From assembly GCF_001194135.2 (NCBI RefSeq), contig NC_068987.1, positions 523,815 through 576,028 of the forward strand: 52,214 bases of DNA. The letters run 5' to 3'. Below the pieces are notes generated by a model. It did not search any database and was not told the origin of the DNA. It worked only from the letters and a program-made list of their open reading frames with translations. The stretch comes from Octopus bimaculoides. Its lineage: Eukaryota. The position numbers and the translations under genes are program-made. Of the stretch, positions 48,014 to 52,214 are shown in pieces (within the stretch, counting starts at the first letter, position 1; the number at the start of each line of letters is the position of its first letter).

Positions 48014-49761
48014 CGAAATAGATAGATAGATAAGTGATTAGAGAGTCTAGACAACTTTGACGTTTAGCTGAAATCGATTAATACATCTTTCAACGATCGA
48101 TTTGTAAATTGTCAATCAGACAGGAAACTCAGCTTGAAATATCGGTTAGCGGAGATCACATGATATAGACATGTGACAGATTTAGTTTTTTAGGTGGGGC
48201 GTTTAGAAATTGCGGAGGAGAAGTACGATTTTAATCACCTCAAATAGAATGCTGCTTGGTTTAGACATTCATACATGAATACAAACTCATATTCATGTAC
48301 ACCCATTCATATATATATATATATATATATACATACATACACACACCAAAGACATTTTGTTTTGTAGAGGCATGGTATCACAATCACCTCTCACCTCACC
48401 CCACTCCACCATTACCACCATTGTCGTCGTCGTCGTCGTCGTCGTCATGGTCATCATCATCATCATCATTAGCAGTGTAATAATTCTGATCGTTACAACA
48501 GAAGCCTGTACCCCCACCAAAACCACCACAACCATCAGCGCCACCACCGCCACTACATATAACCACACACGTTTTGAAAAGCCCGTTTCCGTGAAATCTG
48601 AAAGTAAACAATTACTCTCTGCTTATCTGTCCGTCTGTCTGTCTGTCTCTCTCCTGTTCTCTCCTTCTTTAAACTAATATTTGTTAAAATTTGTCCCACC
48701 TGTGTTGTCATTTTTCTTTTTGTTCATCGCATCCTCAATACATACATATAAACATATATATATAAATATATAAGCACACATTCACACACATACACACATG
48801 CATATATATATATATATACATATACTTATGTATATATAGACATGTATGTGTATACGTATGCGTATATAGCCATGCACATCCACACAAATTTCGTCGTCCA
48901 AATGTATAGATTCCTTTTTGTTTCCCAATTTAATGTATCTGCGATACAGTCCTGTTGACTTAGAAAAAACAAGTCGAAGGAATATTTATCGCTGGAAATA
49001 AAATGGATTAAAATATTTCATATTTTAAGAGAATTAAACCAAACTTTACAAACTCGCCGTAAACAGGCAATGTGGGCCGACCGGAATGATGTTCCAGAAT
49101 TCTGGTCCCATGGAAGAGAACAATAAGAATAACATTTCAAAGTAGCAACCGAAGAATTTTAATGTGGTGGTTCGTCAGTTTTATGTGATTTCGCAGAGGG
49201 AACTTGTGTGAAATATTCGCAACGGGAGCAGCTGTGATAAGTTTAAGCAAATGATGGATTTCAAAAACTATAGATTGTTAATATTTAGTTTAAAAATTTG
49301 AAGATTAAGAAAAGATTTATGTGAGAAAGAAGACAAACAGTAAAAAACAGTTCAAGTAAGAAAACAAAAACAAAAACAAAAAACAAAATAAAACCTATAT
49401 GGCAAGTTGTGAAAGTGGCGTGATGGAATGGAAAGGAAGAATCTTGGCATTTCGAAGTCAAGGATACCGTTAAGAACAGTATCTCCTTTATAAGGGGGCT
49501 GCATGTAGGCATGTGAGTGCGCGCGCGCATACACTCATACATAATTGCACATACACATATGCGTACTTGTATTTATGAGTGTATGTGTGTGTATATATAC
49601 ACTCATACACATACATATCCCTCCATACACACAGTTATACATTTAAGGACACACGCATATATACATTCACGCATTATATTTGAATATACATATTTATAAC
49701 ACGGTCTGCGATAAAAGCACTTGCCTGGCAAGTGCGTTTTTTCGTATTACACAGACACACA

Positions 49762-49798
<37 letters not shown>

Positions 49799-50213
49799 AC
49801 AGACAAACAAAACTATCCGTCACGTGCTTTATTTAATCGACGGAATCTTTCAGGTCAGTCTCCCATCATGGCTGTAGATTAGTCCTCTTCAGCCGAGTCT
49901 AACGAGTATAACGTCACCATCACTAATGATCACTCCAAACATCATGATGTTGACTGGATGTTTGATTTTTATCACTATTGATAAATGTCCTCAGATTGCA
50001 CTGTCCTCACAGACGGTGCCCAACTGACCCTACTATACTGTGTAGTCGACAAAATCAAAAACAAAGAATGTGCATGCACGAAAAAAAAATATAATATGGC
50101 AACAATTTATCCATTGCACCCTGAATATCTACACACATATTCACATATATGTAATATATTTGTATATTATATTTGTATACATATAAACATACCTATACAC
50201 CCACGCGCATAAA

Positions 50214-50518
50214 TATGCATATATATAAATATATATATGTGTGTGTGTACGTGCAGTCCAGGGCTCTAGGTTCGCTTCGCTCATGGAGCAGCTGTCTACT
50301 CTGTCAGTATATATAAAATGTGCTTTTTCGCAGCTATAAGTGACTTAACTGCTATTTCTAGCAATACACCAACACACACACGCGCTTGAATGGATCGAAC
50401 ATCAGAAATTAAATTAAATTAACCATTGGAACATGGAACGTGCGAGCGTTCCTCAATCCTCAAGACATGGGGGGAACAGAAAGTAGAACAGTTCTTGTCT
50501 CCAAAGAACTAACGAGAT
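50214..50518 (+). repeat. 305-bp apparently exact duplicate of 51071-51375 across a gap
   Basis: By eye the two segments are identical. The first ends exactly at the N run. Confidence 0.9.
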
Positions 50519-51003
50519 NNNNNNNNNNNNNNNNNNNNNNNNNNNNNNNNNNNNNNNNNNNNNNNNNNNNNNNNNNNNNNNNNNNNNNNNNNNNNNNNNN
50601 NNNNNNNNNNNNNNNNNNNNNNNNNNNNNNNNNNNNNNNNNNNNNNNNNNNNNNNNNNNNNNNNNNNNNNNNNNNNNNNNNNNNNNNNNNNNNNNNNNNN
50701 NNNNNNNNNNNNNNNNNNNNNNNNNNNNNNNNNNNNNNNNNNNNNNNNNNNNNNNNNNNNNNNNNNNNNNNNNNNNNNNNNNNNNNNNNNNNNNNNNNNN
50801 NNNNNNNNNNNNNNNNNNNNNNNNNNNNNNNNNNNNNNNNNNNNNNNNNNNNNNNNNNNNNNNNNNNNNNNNNNNNNNNNNNNNNNNNNNNNNNNNNNNN
50901 NNNNNNNNNNNNNNNNNNNNNNNNNNNNNNNNNNNNNNNNNNNNNNNNNNNNNNNNNNNNNNNNNNNNNNNNNNNNNNNNNNNNNNNNNNNNNNNNNNNN
51001 NNN

Positions 51004-51038
<35 letters not shown>

Positions 51039-51104
51039 TACATATATTTATATGTGTGTGTGTGTGTGTATATGCATATATATAAATATATATATGTGTG
51101 TGTG

Positions 51105-52020
51105 TACGTGCAGTCCAGGGCTCTAGGTTCGCTTCGCTCATGGAGCAGCTGTCTACTCTGTCAGTATATATAAAATGTGCTTTTTCGCAGCTATAAGTGA
51201 CTTAACTGCTATTTCTAGCAATACACCAACACACACACGCGCTTGAATGGATCGAACATCAGAAATTAAATTAAATTAACCATTGGAACATGGAACGTGC
51301 GAGCGTTCCTCAATCCTCAAGACATGGGGGGAACAGAAAGTAGAACAGTTCTTGTCTCCAAAGAACTAACGAGATTTAACATCGACAACGCTGCCCTCTG
51401 CGAAGCACCTCTATCGGGGAGAAGGAAAGACTGAAGAGATAGGAAAAAGAAAGAAGGAGAGAGACAGATTCACGGAGTCGCTTTTGCTGTAAAATCCCAG
51501 CTTGTGAAGGGAAACCATCTGAAACCTTCTGCCGTCAATGAACGGCTTATGACGCCCCGAATATCGATCTCTGCCGTCACCTTTATGACATTGATTTCTG
51601 CTTTCGCACCTTGATGCAATGACAATATGAAAAACACCTTCTACCAACAAACAACTGAGTGACCTGATCCTCAATGTACCACCAAATGACCACCCCTGGT
51701 CCAGACAACATCCCACTAGAACTTCAAATACATCGTGGACTACTATTAAACACCAGTCCGCTCACATTTATTCTCCGAATGCGGAAGAAGCGCCATGTTC
51801 CCAAAGACCTCAAAAATGCTGTTATCATCACCATCTTCAAAATAGGAGATAGGCAGATCTGTGGGAACTATCGTAGTATCTCGCTGCTCTCCACTGCAGG
51901 GGAAAATCTTTGCAAGGCTCCTCCTGGATCGTCTCCATATCATCGCGGAGGAAGTCCTATCCGAATTACAATGTGGATATCGAGCATTCAGAAGAACAGC
52001 TGATATGATCTTATGGATTA
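51105..52020 (+). mobile_element. RTE-clade LINE relic (APE endonuclease plus RT N-terminus, internal deletion)
   Basis: KLTIGTWNVRAF...RTVLVSKELTRFNID...HGVAFAVK...VNERLMT...ISAFAP (APE), joined at about 51690 to TPGPDNIP...PKDLKNAVIITIFK.GDRQICGNYRSISLLS..GKIFARLLLDRL...SELQCGYR...RTADMI (RT domains 0-2). Confidence 0.9.
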
Positions 52021-52118
52021 TTAAATATATATATATATATATATATATATACTTATGTTTGAATGCATATATATTAATATAAGTATATATAGATTGGTAA
52101 ATGTACTTGTATACTTAC

Positions 52119-52214
<96 letters not shown>

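Larger units (their letters stand above)
14161..51003. other. 13 assembly gaps (N runs), ~5.3 kb total
   Basis: 14161-14253, 15293-15688, 17832-18826, 22702-23233, 23804-24653, 29603-29905, 35756-36024, 37864-37873, 41366-42211, 42670-42679, 44666-45191, 46788-46797, 50519-51003. Nearly all abut (TA)n or (CA)n tracts. Confidence 0.99.

Noticed and set aside
15111-51141. Long ORFs (150-470 aa) in the ORF track
   Set aside because: They run through N gaps (poly-X) and (TA)n/(CA)n tracts (poly-IY, HT, CV); they are artefacts.

Overview
A 52-kb eukaryotic non-genic-looking window (intergenic or intronic). The SINE families, very dense (TA)n/(CA)n/(ATAC)n microsatellites and gapped assembly are most consistent with an octopus/coleoid cephalopod genome; this is inferred from repeat recognition, not a database search. 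About 5.3 kb (13 gaps, ~10%) is N. No intact protein-coding gene, rRNA, functional tRNA or CRISPR array is supportable. Every long ORF in the track is a microsatellite or N artefact or a transposon relic. Recognisable content: a near full-length but dead mariner (42719-43977) plus a second mariner fragment; four R4/Dong-like restriction-like-endonuclease LINE 3' pieces from three families; L1/Tx1-like, CR1-like and RTE-like LINE relics; two different Penelope-like GIY-YIG endonuclease relics, one followed by a decayed hammerhead-like motif; a heavily decayed Helitron/PIF1-type helicase; and about 20 copies of SINEs and other short interspersed repeats. The most interesting observations are the Penelope/hammerhead relics, a gap-free three-part SINE-LINE-SINE stack, inverted repeat pairs that could be ADAR substrates, several strong hairpins/palindromes and a few weak exon candidates. 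I found no convincing new biological system. All protein calls come from manual translation and motif recall. Repeat boundaries are approximate.
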